In this document: one piece after another, positions 25,067 through 44,750 of the stretch | How the letters are laid out: each line of letters begins with the position of its first letter | How positions within the stretch are numbered: the stretch's first letter is position 1 | NCBI GenBank assembly: GCA_950097015.1 | Contig: CATNEN010000037.1 | Span: forward strand, 1,302,001-1,366,000 | DNA from: Macrostomum hystrix | Taxonomy: Eukaryota > Animalia > Platyhelminthes | Direction of reading: 5' to 3' | DNA: 64,000 nt | Notes under the pieces: model-generated | Databases searched by the model: none | What the model was told of the DNA's origin: nothing | What the model saw: the letters and a program-made list of their open reading frames with translations, nothing else | Program-made: the position numbers and the translations under genes

Positions 25067-25459
25067 GCGCTAAACATTTGCCTATTTCCGGCGAATTTTG
25101 CCCAGATTGGGCAACAATTTACCGAAGCCTTCTATGGCACTCTGCAAACAAACAAAGAGCAGTTGGTAAACTTTTACCACGATCAGGCCATGCTAACTTA
25201 CGAAGGCAGCCAGGTGCAAGGCAAGGTGGGCATACTAGAGAAGTACAAATCCTTGTCCTTCCAACGAATCGCAGCTGCGGTGACCAACGCAGACTACCAG
25301 CCCATGGAGAATGGGGTGCTAATCGCTGTCAGCGGGCAGCTAAAAGTTGACGACTCACCACAAGCGCTGGCCTTCTGCGAGTCTTTTCTATTGCGCAACT
25401 TTGGTGGCAACTATGCTATTGTGAATCACGTGTTCCGATTGGGCGTGCACAATTTCTGA
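25067..25459 (+). CDS. NUTF2: Nuclear transport factor 2; exon begins at a splice acceptor, with no in-frame ATG at its start
   Basis: ttttcag|GCG CTA AAC gives ALNICLFPANFAQIGQQFTEAFY...MLTYEGSQVQG...VSGQLKVDD...NHVFRLGVHNF, an NTF2-family sequence of 130 aa. Confidence 0.9.
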   Translation, partial: ALNICLFPANFAQIGQQFTEAFYGTLQTNKEQLVNFYHDQAMLTYEGSQVQGKVGILEKYKSLSFQRIAAAVTNADYQPMENGVLIAVSGQLKVDDSPQALAFCESFLLRNFGGNYAIVNHVFRLGVHNF

Positions 25460-26182
25460 ATTTTCTGACAGTCTGACATCTTTGACAGGTTGATTAGCAG
25501 ATTAGTCTTGGCCGCCAAGGAATATTAAAGCAGGGCAATGTTGGCTACAAGTCCCCGTCATTGAACTGCAGGCATTTTCTCATTCTCCTTTAACCTACAA
25601 TTCATACTTTGCAAGTGCAAAATTATTTCTAAACTACTAGAAGTAGGACAGGGAAATATTTATCGCAATATTGAGCTTCGTCTGGCTATTTACTCGTAAC
25701 AGTTTATTCCTGTGTCGGCTTACTATGTATATGTTACGTAATTGTGTTCAACCGAAAAAAAACTCGTTCTTCTGTTCCTTGGCACCGAATTTCGATCTCG
25801 TCTATTTTGTTCTCACCTGACAATAAGCCCTGCTTCGATGCTTACATTAAAGCACATAATAAGTGACTGCTAGTATTTTTATAATTTGCTATTATCATCG
25901 CCAACTATGCTGCATCTCGGTTAAAATATACACTTCAATTTAGGCGCATATGCAATAATTTTCTTCTTTACTATTCGCTTCCTTGTTTAAAATCATGTCA
26001 GTTGCAAATGGAAAATGCGTTCAGTTGTCACTTTCTTTAACCCATGCATAGATCCACAGAAGTGTCAAGTATTTCAAGACCAACAACAACATGAAGAACT
26101 GCAGATTGAGGGTAATACGAGCTCGTACATAGCTGTCTTTATTGACCAGTTAAAGCGATTTGGTTGTTCTGACAGAATACTA

Positions 26183-26650
26183 CTAGATTATGCTGTTGGC
26201 AGCCCTTCTCACAGACCAGATTATGCTGTTGGTAGCCTTCTCACAGACCAGATTATGCTGTTGGCAGCCTTCTCACAGACTAGATTATGCTGTTGGTAGC
26301 CTTCTCACAGACCAGATTATGCTGTTGGCAGCCTCCTCACAGACCAGATTATGCTGTTGGCAGCCTTCTCACAGACCAGATTATGCTGTTGGCAGCCTTC
26401 TCACAGACCAGATTATGCTGTTGGTAGCCTTCTCACAGACCAGATTATGCTGTTGGTAGCCTTCTCACAGACCAGATTATGCTGTTGGCAGCCTTCTCAC
26501 AGACCAGATTATGCTGTTGGCAGCCTTCTCACAGACCAGATTATGCTGTTGGTAGCCTTCTCACAGACCAGATTATGCTGTTGGTAGCCTTCTCACAGAC
26601 CAGATTATGCTGTTGGCAGCCTTCTCACAGACCAGATTATGCTGTTGGCA
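26183..26650. repeat. 32-bp minisatellite (GATTATGCTGTTGGCAGCCTTCTCACAGACCA)
   Basis: Direct tandem repeat, about 14 copies. Confidence 0.95.
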
Positions 26651-27257
26651 TGTAAGGAAGGAGTAACGCATGGGATGTGCTGAATCGTGTTCTTAGAGTC
26701 CAGAAAAGATATTAACACCAAAATCGAAGTACGCTCGTAACTCGTATAGTTTAATTTGTGTTGTACAGTAGTTTGCTATACGATAGTGTTGTACATTAAT
26801 ATCGAATAGTATATTTCGCCCAACAAGCATCAACTACTTTTACAAAGTTGAATGGAGAGACTCACAAATTAGAATCAAGCCTTCAAAATTTATTACCTTT
26901 ATCTTTAAAGAATCAGGGACTACTACTTAAAGTAGAACGAAAAACTCAAAGTCTATAGACGTTTTTAAGGCCAGTTTTCACGCGAAAGTGGCCTTCAAAC
27001 TTTCTCTATAAAACTCGAGTGCTACGTGCTGTACATGCGTTTCTTTATCCGTCCTTGTAAAGAGCATGACATTGTTACAACAATGCACACTAACTCTTCA
27101 ATAAAGCATTTAAAAAATTGAGAATGAATTGTAAATTTCTGACAAGCTCCATCAGAGCCGACGATACAATCCGAGGCTTAAGGTTGGAGAAGGTGGAACA
27201 AAAAGCTCGTTGAACTTGTGAGCATCAAACTCCACAGTTAGGATCAGGGCAAACTAA

Positions 27258-34897
<7,640 letters not shown>

Positions 34898-35186
34898 GCT
34901 CTAGAATTTTGTAACTATACGGGACTCTGGGAGTTTTCACTCGAGAACAGGGGGGACAGGAAGGGGACCGCAGTGTTCAGACTTTATATTTATGCCTGTG
35001 TTTAGCGCAGAGCCAGGCGGGCTGTGATTGGACAAGAAGGATTCGCTTTCAGGATTGTAGCCATGGGTTCAAGCGATTTCAGCGTATTATCCACTCTGAT
35101 TTCAAAAAGCCTTTATCTTAAAAATGAGACTCATTTCCTTAGCTTCGATTTTAAATAAACGCTGTCTTTAAATTGCAACCCTGCAA

Positions 35187-35362
35187 GCCAGAGGAGGCAG
35201 AGGAGGCAGGGTAGGCAGGGTAGGCAGGGTAGGCAGGGTAGGCAGAGGAGGCAGGGTAGGCAGGGTAGGCAGAGGAGGCAGGGTAGGCAGGGTAGGCAGG
35301 GTAGGCAGAGGAGGCAGGGTAGGCAGGGTAGGCAGGGTAGGCAAAGGAGGCAGGGTGGGCAG
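35187..35362. repeat. 9-bp minisatellite (GGCAGGGTA / GGCAGAGGA)
   Basis: Direct tandem repeat upstream of the GPCR. Confidence 0.9.
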
Positions 35363-35619
35363 ATTCTGTTGGCGATATTAAGAAACTGAAGTCAATAGAG
35401 CGATGCTGCAACAATTTTTTTTCAGAAAATACTACAATGGCAAATATTCTTTAGCGTGCTATTGACCCTACTTACAGTAGACAGCTTCAGAATAATATCA
35501 TTTTACTCTTTTTTTTATATTTTTTTGCTACGCGCACACTGGCCGCTAATTGCTTATTGGATTAACGGACTGAATCACATATTCAGGCTCCCAAGCCTCG
35601 ATTTCCTCTTCTAATAACC

Positions 35620-36280
35620 ACTTCATAATCCCCACTTCCTAATCCTCGCTTCTTAATCCTAGCTTCCTAATCCTCGCTTCTTAATCCGCTTCCTAATCCT
35701 CGCTTCTTAATCCTAGCTTCCTAATCCTCGCTTCTTAATCCACTTCCTAATCCTCGCTTCTTAATCGTAGCTTCCTAACCCCCGCTTCCTAATCCGCTTC
35801 CTAATCCTCGCTTCTTAATCCGCTTCCTAATCCTCGCTTCTTAATCGTAGCTTCCTAATCCTAGCTTCCTAATCCTAGCTTCCTAATCCTTGCTTCCTAA
35901 TCCTCGCTTCTTAATCCTAGCTTCCTAATCCTCGCTTCTTAATCCTAGCTTCCTAATCCTAGCTTCTTAATCGTAGCTTCCTAACTCCCGCTTCCTAATC
36001 CGCTTCCTAATCCTTGCTTCTTAATCCGCTTCCTAACCTCCGCTTCCTAATCCGCTTCCTAATCCTCGCTTCTTAATCGTAGCTTCCTAATCCCCGCTTC
36101 CTAATCCGCTTCCTAATCCTTGCTTCTTAATCCGCTTCCTAATCCTTGCTTCTTAATCCGCTTCCTAATCCTTGCTTCCTAATCCGCTTCCTAATCCTCG
36201 CTTCTTCATCCGCTTCCTAATCCTGGCTTACTGATCCTCGCTTCCTAATCCTTGATTCTTAATCCTCGCTTCATAATTCC
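35620..36280. repeat. 12-14-bp degenerate minisatellite (CTTCCTAATCCTCG / CTTCTTAATCCG)
   Basis: Direct tandem repeat. Confidence 0.9.
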
Positions 36281-36384
36281 CATATTTATAAAATTAATTC
36301 CTTACTCCAGAATGCTGACTACAAAACTACAAATTTACAAGTTCCGACTTCTCATGGAGTTCTGACCGATCTCCAAGACATTGC

Positions 36385-36460
36385 CAGCCAATGACTGACA
36401 GTCGCCGTAAGCCAATCTCCATTCGTTTCGAATAGATCGACCAATCACGGCGCGCCAGCG
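36385..36460 (+). promoter_or_regulatory. Cluster of three CCAAT boxes followed by a CpG-rich patch (possible promoter)
   Basis: AGCCAATGA, AGCCAATCT and GACCAATCA within about 65 bp; candidate donor GAG|gtaggt near 36757. Target gene unknown. Confidence 0.3.
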
Positions 36461-36904
36461 TCTAAAACGTTCGCGCGCATAAAAAACACTTGTCATTATT
36501 GAGAAGAGATTTAAAGCAAGTTTAGCTTTGCCCGAAAAAAACACATCATAAGGATAAGCTAAAGAATGCTGGTTAGCTTGGCTAAGGTGACATTGTTTTT
36601 CCTTCTTCTGACCGTCACAAACTACGGATTGGGTAGGCAAAATTATTTTTTTCCTGTTAAGTCTGAACTGACCTCCAGTATTGCATTGTCTTTGCATTCC
36701 ATTTACAGACGCTTATCGGCATGGACAGAGGCGAGCAGTCGGCTTTGAGCAACCGAGGTAGGTGTGCTTTCGTTTTGAATTGTACGACGGTTTATAATAT
36801 CAGTATTTATGTGTTCAATAATCCTAAAATAACATAACTAGGCTATGATTCATCTCCAAGCATAAACCACCGTGTACACTATCGTACTGTAATTTAACTA
36901 TACT

Positions 36905-37140
36905 CATATTCTAATCAAACTGTGCTCATATTCTACTTAAACTGTGCTCACATTCTACTTAAACTGTGCTCATATTCTACTTAAACTGTGCTCATATTCT
37001 ACTCAAACTGTGCTCATATTCTACTTAAACTGTGCTCATATTCTACTTAAACTGTGCTCATATTCTACTCAAACTGTGCTCATATTCTACTTAAACTGTG
37101 CTCATATTCTACTTAAACTGTGCTCATATTCTACTCAAAC
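36905..37140. repeat. 22-bp minisatellite (AAACTGTGCTCATATTCTACTT)
   Basis: Direct tandem repeat. Confidence 0.93.
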
Positions 37141-37253
37141 TACGCACAAACAATTTCAAGGAGTGCTCAAAATATGCTAAAACTATACTCAAGCTATAAT
37201 TAAACTGTGCTCGAAAAATATTCAGAATTTGTTAAAAATCTGCTCTATTCATT

Positions 37254-37613
37254 GGGGGTGAGTGGCAGAGCGGTTATCGCGTTTGGCTCTCGCACCAAGG
37301 TCCCTAAGTTCGATTCCACGGCGAGGCCACATTTATTTGGGGCGCGCGGAGAGAAGGCTTGGGGGCTTGTCGTGCAATTTACGCCCATGAGGGCCAACCT
37401 CCAAGGCACAGTGAGAGTGTACACTGCCTGACGATAAGAATGTCAGGGCAGATGTACACACCTGTGTGAGCGTGTGCATGTGTACATTATCAGTGTGCGT
37501 GTGTGCTCAGGAGTCAGCGGAATGGGCAGAATTGCCTCACCGCTGGCCGCGGGTCTAGTGTCGCCAAATGATGTGCCATTGCCCGCAGCCCTCCTGCAAT
37601 TATTATTGTTATT
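37254..37613 (+). mobile_element. tRNA-derived SINE family A, copy 1
   Basis: A-box TGGCAGAGCGG, B-box AGTTCGATTCC, (ATT)n tail; homologous to 38695-39081 and 57566-57940. Confidence 0.88.
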
Positions 37614-38079
37614 AGTTCTCTATTTATAGCATATACAACATACTGAAGCAACTTTTCAATCTATGTTCACGCTTTAATCAAACGAAACCCGCCCGAAGCA
37701 ACAGTGGAAAGCCGGAAGGAGAGTCGGCCCGGTTGGCCTGGGAGGACGCCATCCTCGAGCGGCTGATGATGCGCCGTCTGGGATCCGTGGCCAGGAAACG
37801 GTTTGTCACCGACTGGTAGAGCCCATATCGATTGTGATTGGCTGGGCAGCTCAACACGGCAACTCTGAGATCTAATTAGCATAATTAATGTGAAGAGCAC
37901 AGCTGACTTATCTGAAATCAACTGTGCTTGAGAATTCTCCCAGCATCAAATAAAAAGTGCAAATTCAGCAGCTGCTCGTTATGGGATCAAATGGGGTGTT
38001 TTCAGTTTCAGATTATTTTGCTTCTGCAATTAACACAATATTCCTGTTCTTAGAAACCAATATCCTATATCCCAAGTTG

Positions 38080-38260
38080 GTTGCTAGGGATCTATGTCCC
38101 ATTTCACCTGTTGCTAGGGATCTATGTCCCATTTCCCCTGTTGCTAGGGATCTATGTCCCATTTCACCTGTTGCTAGGGATCTATGTCCCATTTCACCTG
38201 TTGGTTGTCAGGTATTGATATCCCATTTCACCTGTTGGTTGTCAGGTATTGATATCCGAT
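38080..38260. repeat. 30-bp minisatellite (GTTGCTAGGGATCTATGTCCCATTTCACCT) x4 plus degenerate units
   Basis: Direct tandem repeat. Confidence 0.9.
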
Positions 38261-38694
38261 GTATTAGCAGAGAAATAATCATTTTTCTAGAAACATTCTG
38301 CTGACACAACTAACCTTGGCACCCCTAGAGCGCATACTGAGTTTCAAGGCAAGCATGGGAATACAGATCAGATGCAAAAAAATCGATAACTAAAATTGCA
38401 AAACCTTCCTTGAAGTGAAATATTTGAAATTCAATGCACATTTTCGTTCAAAGACGGTTCGCGAGACTTGCTGAAACGTGTCTTCAATAAAAACTGATCT
38501 AAGTAGGTCGATAAGCATATGCATGAGCATGCAAGAGCATGATATTGCATTCTGTTGTCTGATTGTTAAATCGTAAATGAATTGAAACATAGAAACCTAA
38601 AACCAAAATTGTCTAAACAAGGATCTAGAGTCAGGAATTGAGATTTCTTGTACATGTTTTTCAAATGAATAATATTTTTCCAATTCTACCCTCA

Positions 38695-39044
38695 GGGGGG
38701 TCGGTGGCAGAGCGGTTATCGCGTTTGCCTCTCGCACCAAGGTCCCTAAGTTCGATTCCACGGCGAGGCCACATTTATTTGGGGCGCAGCCGCGGAGAGA
38801 AGGCTTGAGGGCTTGTCGTGCAATTTACGCCCTTGAGGGCCAACCTCTAAGGCAGAGTGAGAGTGTACACTGCCTGACGATGAGAAAGTCAGGGCAGATG
38901 TACACACCTGTGTGAGCGTGTGCCTGCGTACAGTATCTGTGTGCGTGTGTGCTCAGGAGTCAGCGGAATGGGCAGTATTGCCTCCTCGCTGGCTGCGGGT
39001 CTAGTGTCACTAAATGATGTGCCATTGCCCGCAGCCCTCCTGTA

Positions 39045-39081
<37 letters not shown>
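38695..39081 (+). mobile_element. tRNA-derived SINE family A, copy 2
   Basis: A/B boxes, conserved body, long (ATT)n tail at 39045-39081. Confidence 0.9.
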
Positions 39082-39082
<1 letters not shown>

Positions 39083-39230
39083 CCCACCCTTAATTACCCC
39101 AGCAAATGCTGGAACCCACTGAGTGAACTGAAACTGAAAGTGTCTAACTAAATGACACAAATTGTTCCTGCGGAGTCGGGAATCGAACCCCGACCTTCAA
39201 GTCGTAAGCCTTACGCTCTACGCTCTACGG
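39082..39230 (-). mobile_element. tRNA-derived SINE family B, 3'-truncated copy
   Basis: Minus strand GAAGGTCGGGGTTCGATTCCCGACTC (B-box) then ...GTTCACTCAG..GGGTTCCAGCATTTGCTGGGGTAATTAAGGGT, matching 18850-19000. Confidence 0.7.
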
Positions 39231-40570
39231 AAAATTGAGATTTCCGGCTTGAAACTTACTAAAGAGTGTGAGGGCGTTTAAGACTGCAACTCAATGCATT
39301 TAAATAGCACGAGACAAGAGGGTAAGAGATGAAAATGAGGTTGCGAAAAGCACAACTGGACACGATAGAGAGAAAGAGAGGAGAGAGAGAGAGACCAATA
39401 ATAGAACGACCAATCAACGAGCAGGGAGAGGGCAAGGAAATAAAGTCAAGCAGTTTAAAGTGCAGATATAATACAAACGAGGGTGGTGAAAGGGAGGGAG
39501 TCTCTTAACAGTAGAAATTACCACGGGGTATTTCAAATATTCAACCAATCGGGCCATGAAATCGGGCTAATTTTCTTCACTCTACAAGGTAAAACGACTT
39601 CCAGAATCACAAAAACATCTGCATCGTCGAGATATCCAACGATTCTCGACGGGGTGTCTGGTGGCAAAAACTACAAAAGGGGAAATTTTCTGCTAAAAAT
39701 GTTATCATTTAATAATGTCAGCTACTATTGTTGACTATATTGTACTGATTACATTGTTAATTTACACACTTTTGAAACGATATGGATTCGCCGAAGAGCA
39801 ATGATAGCTGTCCTTGTCACCGGGGTCTTCGACAAAAATCGCTGATTATCTCGACGATGTTGGCTCGCACAGCTTCGAAAGTTAGTTCATCGTAAAGGGC
39901 GGAAAATTTAGATTCAGATGGTGGAATTCACGAAAACCGGTCATTAGGTTTGGGAGCCATTGTGAAATAGTCAGTGGGTGTTTGAAATAGCTCCGTGGTC
40001 TAGGGGAAAATAGGATCTTCCTATATATACTGTTAATTTAATAGTATCCTACTTGATACTTTAAATTACACAGTTGTGAAAAAGGTGCCTGTATTAGCTA
40101 GGAGAGAAATTTAAGTGATCCGGCAGCCTCATTTGTCCACGGACTAAACAGCTGTACACAGGCTTTGGAAGCTTTGGACACCGTAAAAGAGCTGGAAATA
40201 TATTATTATGATTTTATAAGCTCCAGAACTCATTCGTCATGCTAAAAATTGCTTCAAAAAAAAGTACACGACTAAGTAAGTGATTGGGCAGTCAGATTGA
40301 CATCAGTTTATTGCCAAGCCATCTCGTACGATAAGTGGAATTGCAAACCGTATAGTGTGCAATGAGCTTGGCACAATAATCATAGCTGTCAATAATTATA
40401 TTATTACAATCTGAACCTATCAAGTGGTGTTCGAGAACACCTGTGTGTCAATTTCTTAATGTGAGCAGTGTTCTGCTGTGAGCTGTACTGTGCCGTAGGC
40501 CGAAACCATTTGTCCGACATTTATATACTGAACGGCCTATAAAATACTCATGCAGTAACACCAACTAGTA

Positions 40571-41400
40571 CAAAACAACAACAACCAGAACACAACAACA
40601 ATAACAGAAACAGCCAGAAAAAAAACAGCAGCAGCAGTCAGAACACAACAGCAGCAGCAGCAGTCAGAACACAACAGCAGCAGCAGCAGTCAGAACACAA
40701 CAGCAGCAGCAGCAGTTAGAACACAACAGCAGCAGCAGCAGTCAGAACACAACAGCAGCAGCAGCAGTCAGAACACAACAGCAGCAGCAGCAGTCAGAAC
40801 ACAACAGCAGCAGCAACCAGAACACAACAGCAGCAGCAGCAACCTGAACACAACAGCAGCAGCAGCAGTCAGAACACAACAGCAGCAGCAGCAGTCAGAA
40901 CACAACAGCAGCAGCAGCAGTTAGAACACAACAGCAGCAGCAGCAGTCAGAACACAACAGCAGCAGCAGCAGTCAGAACACAACAGCAGCAGCAGCAGTC
41001 AGAACACAACAGCAGCAGCAGTCAGAACACAACAGCAGCAGCAGTCAGAACACAACAGCAGCAGCAGTCAGAACACAACAGCAGCAGCAGTCAGAACACA
41101 ACAGCAGCAGCAGTCAGAACACAACAGCAGCAGCAGTCAGAACACAACAGCAGCAGCAGTCAGAACACAACAGCAGCAGCAGCAGTCAGAACACAACAGC
41201 AGCAGCAGTCAGAACACAACAGCAGCAGCAGCAGTCAGAACACAACAGCAGCAGCAGCAGTCAGAACACAACAGCAGCAGCAGCAGTCAGAACACAACAG
41301 CAGCAGCAGCAGTCAGAACACAACAGCAACAGCAGCAGTCAGAACACAACAACAGCAGCAGCAACCAGAACACAACAACGGCAGCAGCAGCCAGAAGAAG
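40571..41400. repeat. Compound minisatellite AGAACACAA(CAG)4-5TC (23/26-bp units)
   Basis: Direct tandem repeat with variable internal CAG count. Confidence 0.95.
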
Positions 41401-41516
41401 ACAATAAAAACAGCACCAACAAGAAGCAGTTAAAAAGAAAGCAAAAAATGACAGCGACAGCCGAAAAAAACAACAACTTCGGAGAACATGGTAACTCGTA
41501 TATATAGAGACGCAAA

Positions 41517-42095
41517 GATTATAATAGGCGCTTTGCGCGCACGCGCTCGCAGATTTTTTAGTCTTGCAGGTCAGACTCCAGCTTGGCGGTCAGCGTGGTG
41601 GTCCGGCCTTGGCCCTATCGGAGACGCTCAGTCGGCTGGTGCAGCAGGGTGAGCACCAGCGGGTTTTTATCACCTCTGCCGCAGCTGCGGAGGCAGTGTC
41701 CGACAAGCATCAGCCGGCGCCGCTAGATGGATCGCGCAATTTAGCAGGTCCATCGGCAGCCGCTCTGGGTAGTCGATGCCAAGGTCGAACCGCAGCAGCG
41801 ATTGGTAGGCAGCGTCAAGGGCTTGAGTCTTCGAGTCAGTCATCGGCACTGCCTCCAGTCCGTACAGGAAGATTGGCTCTACGGCAGCGCGAAACAGGCG
41901 CATCTTGAGGTCGTCATTGGCAGCGGAGCTGAAAACCTTCCCAAGAAGATGCGCCGCGCGCCAGGCCTGCGACCTCCGGTCAGCGATGATGGAGTCAGGA
42001 CTCAGCACGAGGGAGTCCAGGTAACGGAATTCTTGGCAGACCGAGATGACTTGCCCATCTGGCAGGGTCAGGATTGAAGTCCAGTTCAGTTCATT
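41517..42095 (-). mobile_element. Decayed 5'-truncated RTE-like non-LTR retrotransposon fragment (RT C-terminal region)
   Basis: EFRYLDS...LKMRLFRAAVEPIFLYGLEAVPMT...LDAAYQSLLR, then frameshifted ..LR*GQGRTTTL; stop codons and frameshifts present. Confidence 0.8.
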
Positions 42096-42739
42096 GGTGC
42101 AGCACCTCTGTCTTGCGCGCGTTGACTTGCAGTCCGACTCGAGCACTCACCTCACAGTCTTGAGAGTGCATTCTAAGCATTTTTTATCAGCTGAAATTGT
42201 TTAATATCTAGACAGAATTTGAGCGGTGCTTTTCATATATGCTTTTCACGAAATTCGAACTACACTACTTGTTAGTAGATAAGTACGCGAAAAAAGTAGA
42301 TAGAACGGAAAGTACTGATCCTGCAGCGATTCTAGCTAATTATCATCCTGCCAATCTGGCTGCGAGTCCTGCTGCAAGTCCAAACTTTTTGAAAAGTCTT
42401 TCAACAAATGTTTAATGCGAGCCCAAACTTAAAGGATTATGAGAAGTCAAAAATGTTATTTTGTAATCAATTGAGTTTGAGTGCGTGACGCACCTGGATA
42501 CGTGGCGTCCAGGGGCCGCAGACCAGATGACAGCGGATTGAATCGCTGATTGATGAGCTGGGAGCCTCGAGTTAGCGGGGCGTGGGGTAAGACCCACCCC
42601 CACCCCATTTCAGATTCCCTGGTCGAGGCCGTAGCTAGCTAACTTGGACACGCAACTGAATCAGAATATTCGAATTCGAAATCAACGATTTGATTTGGTC
42701 ACCTGGTCTATAAGGCTCACTCTTGAGTACAATTGCTCC

Positions 42740-43646
42740 GGACCATTCAGGACCATTCCGGACCATTCTGGACCATTAAGGACCATTCAGGACCATGCTG
42801 GACCATTCAGGACCATGCTGGACCATTCAGGACCATGCTGGACCATTCAGGACCATGCTGGACCATTCAGGACCATGCTGGACCATTCAGGACCATTCAG
42901 GACCATGCTGGACCATTAAGGACCATTCAGGACCATGCTGGACCATTCAGGACCATGCTGGACCATTCAGGACCATTCAGGACCATGCTGGACCATTAAG
43001 GACCATTCAGGACCATGCTGGACCATTCAGGACCATGCTGGACCATTCAGGACCATGCTGGACCATTCAGGACCATGCTGGACCATTCAGGACCATTCAG
43101 GACCATGCTGGACCATTAAGGACCATTCAGGACCATGCTGGACCATTCAGGACCATGCTGGACCATTCAGGACCATGCTGGACCATTCAGGACCATGCTG
43201 GACCATGCTGGACCATTCAGGACCATGCTGGACCATTCAGGACCATGCTGGACCATTCAGGACCATGCTGGACCATTCAGGACCATGCTGGACCATTCAG
43301 GACCATGCTGGACCATTCAGGACCATGCTGGACCATTCAGGACCATGCTGGACCATTCAGGACCATGCTGGACCATTCAGGACCATGCTGGACCATTCAG
43401 GACCATGCTGGACCATTCAGGACCATGCTGGACCATTCAGGACCATTCAGGACCATGCTGGACCATTAAGGACCATTCAGGACCATGCTGGACCATTAAG
43501 GACCATTCAGGACCATGCTGGACCATTCAGGACCATGCTGGACCATTCAGGACCATGCTGGACCATTCAGGACCATGCTGGACCATTCAGGACCATGCTG
43601 GACCATTCAGGACCATTCAGGACCATGCTGGACCATTCAGGACCAT
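42740..43646. repeat. 10-bp unit array (GGACCATTCA / GGACCATGCT / GGACCATTAA), mainly a 20-bp dimer
   Basis: Direct tandem repeat, about 90 units. Confidence 0.97.
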
Positions 43647-44275
43647 AGTTGTTTATCTCTTTTGTTTTTTTACTCTCTCCCAGTTCAGAAATTGGTGGAT
43701 CGAGAGTACGGATATGAGGAGAAAGTTATTTTAATGAAAGACATGCAGCTTATCCGGAGTAGGATGGGCAAAATGCTCGCGACCTGTTCGCGTGCCGACG
43801 TGGATCTAGGGGATCAGGGTTTTGGGGGATTAAAAGAGGATTTAGAAGGGTCCGGTCGCTTGCTTTTGAGCCTTTTGAGGATTTCGTTGTAAAAAAGAAG
43901 TGGGAGACAAGGTTAAAGTGGCGTTTCTTCAGTTTTTAAACGAATTTGAAATCTCCGCCCTCGGCTGAGTGGCAGATTAAGGAAAGCTTTTGAGTAGTTA
44001 ATTAAGCCAATGAATGTACGAGTACGATGGCTAGATAAAATTCTAATGTCATAACGAATGTATCTTAGCTCGTATATTTTAATCTAATTTTTTAGGCTTC
44101 AATGTTAACAGTGGGACCGAAGGTATACTATAGCCAATTTTATGATCGGTTCTATGAATTTAATCTTATTGTGTACCCGGTCTTGAATAGACTAATGGTC
44201 GCTTCAATTGATTATAACTAGACTAGTAAACTATAGACTATAGACTAGAATATAGACTAGTACTAAATAGACTTC

Positions 44276-44750
44276 GATGGATTTGTCCTCGATGGATTGT
44301 TCCTCGACGGAATGTTCCTCGACGGAATGTTTCTCGCTAGATTGCTCCTCGAAGGAATGTTCCTCGACGGAATGTTCCTCGACGGAATGTTCCTCGACGG
44401 AATGTTCCTCGACGGAATGTTCCTCGACGGAATGTTTCTCGCTGGATTGCTCCTCGACGAAATGTTCCTCGATGGATTGTTCCTCGACAGATTGTTCCCC
44501 GACGAAATGTTCCTGGACGGAATGTTACTCGACGGAATGTTCCTCTACGGAATGTTTCTCGCTGGATTGCTCCTCGACGGAATGTTCCTCGATGGATTGT
44601 TCCTCGACAGATTGTTCCCCGACGAAATGTTCCTGGACGGAATGTTTCTCGATGGATTTTTCCTCGACGGATTGGTCCTCGATGGATTGGTCCTCGATGG
44701 ATTTGTCATCGATGTGTTGTTCCTCGAGGAATATTGTCTCATCGATTGGT
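44276..44750. repeat. 15-bp minisatellite (CCTCGACGGAATGTT)
   Basis: Direct tandem repeat with an internal block duplication. Confidence 0.93.

Noticed and set aside
35620-36280. Telomere-like CCTAA motifs
   Set aside because: Embedded in 12-14-bp units, not (TTAGGG)n or (TTAGG)n arrays.
37690-37820. GC-rich stretch reading ARLAWEDAILERLMMRRL as an orphan exon
   Set aside because: Short, no clear splice partner and no recognisable family.
38871-38895. Hammerhead-like CTGACGA...GAAA in SINE-A
   Set aside because: Only 3 nt lie between CUGANGA and GAAA (no stem II), and copies 1 and 3 lack GAAA; better explained as a hairpin loop.
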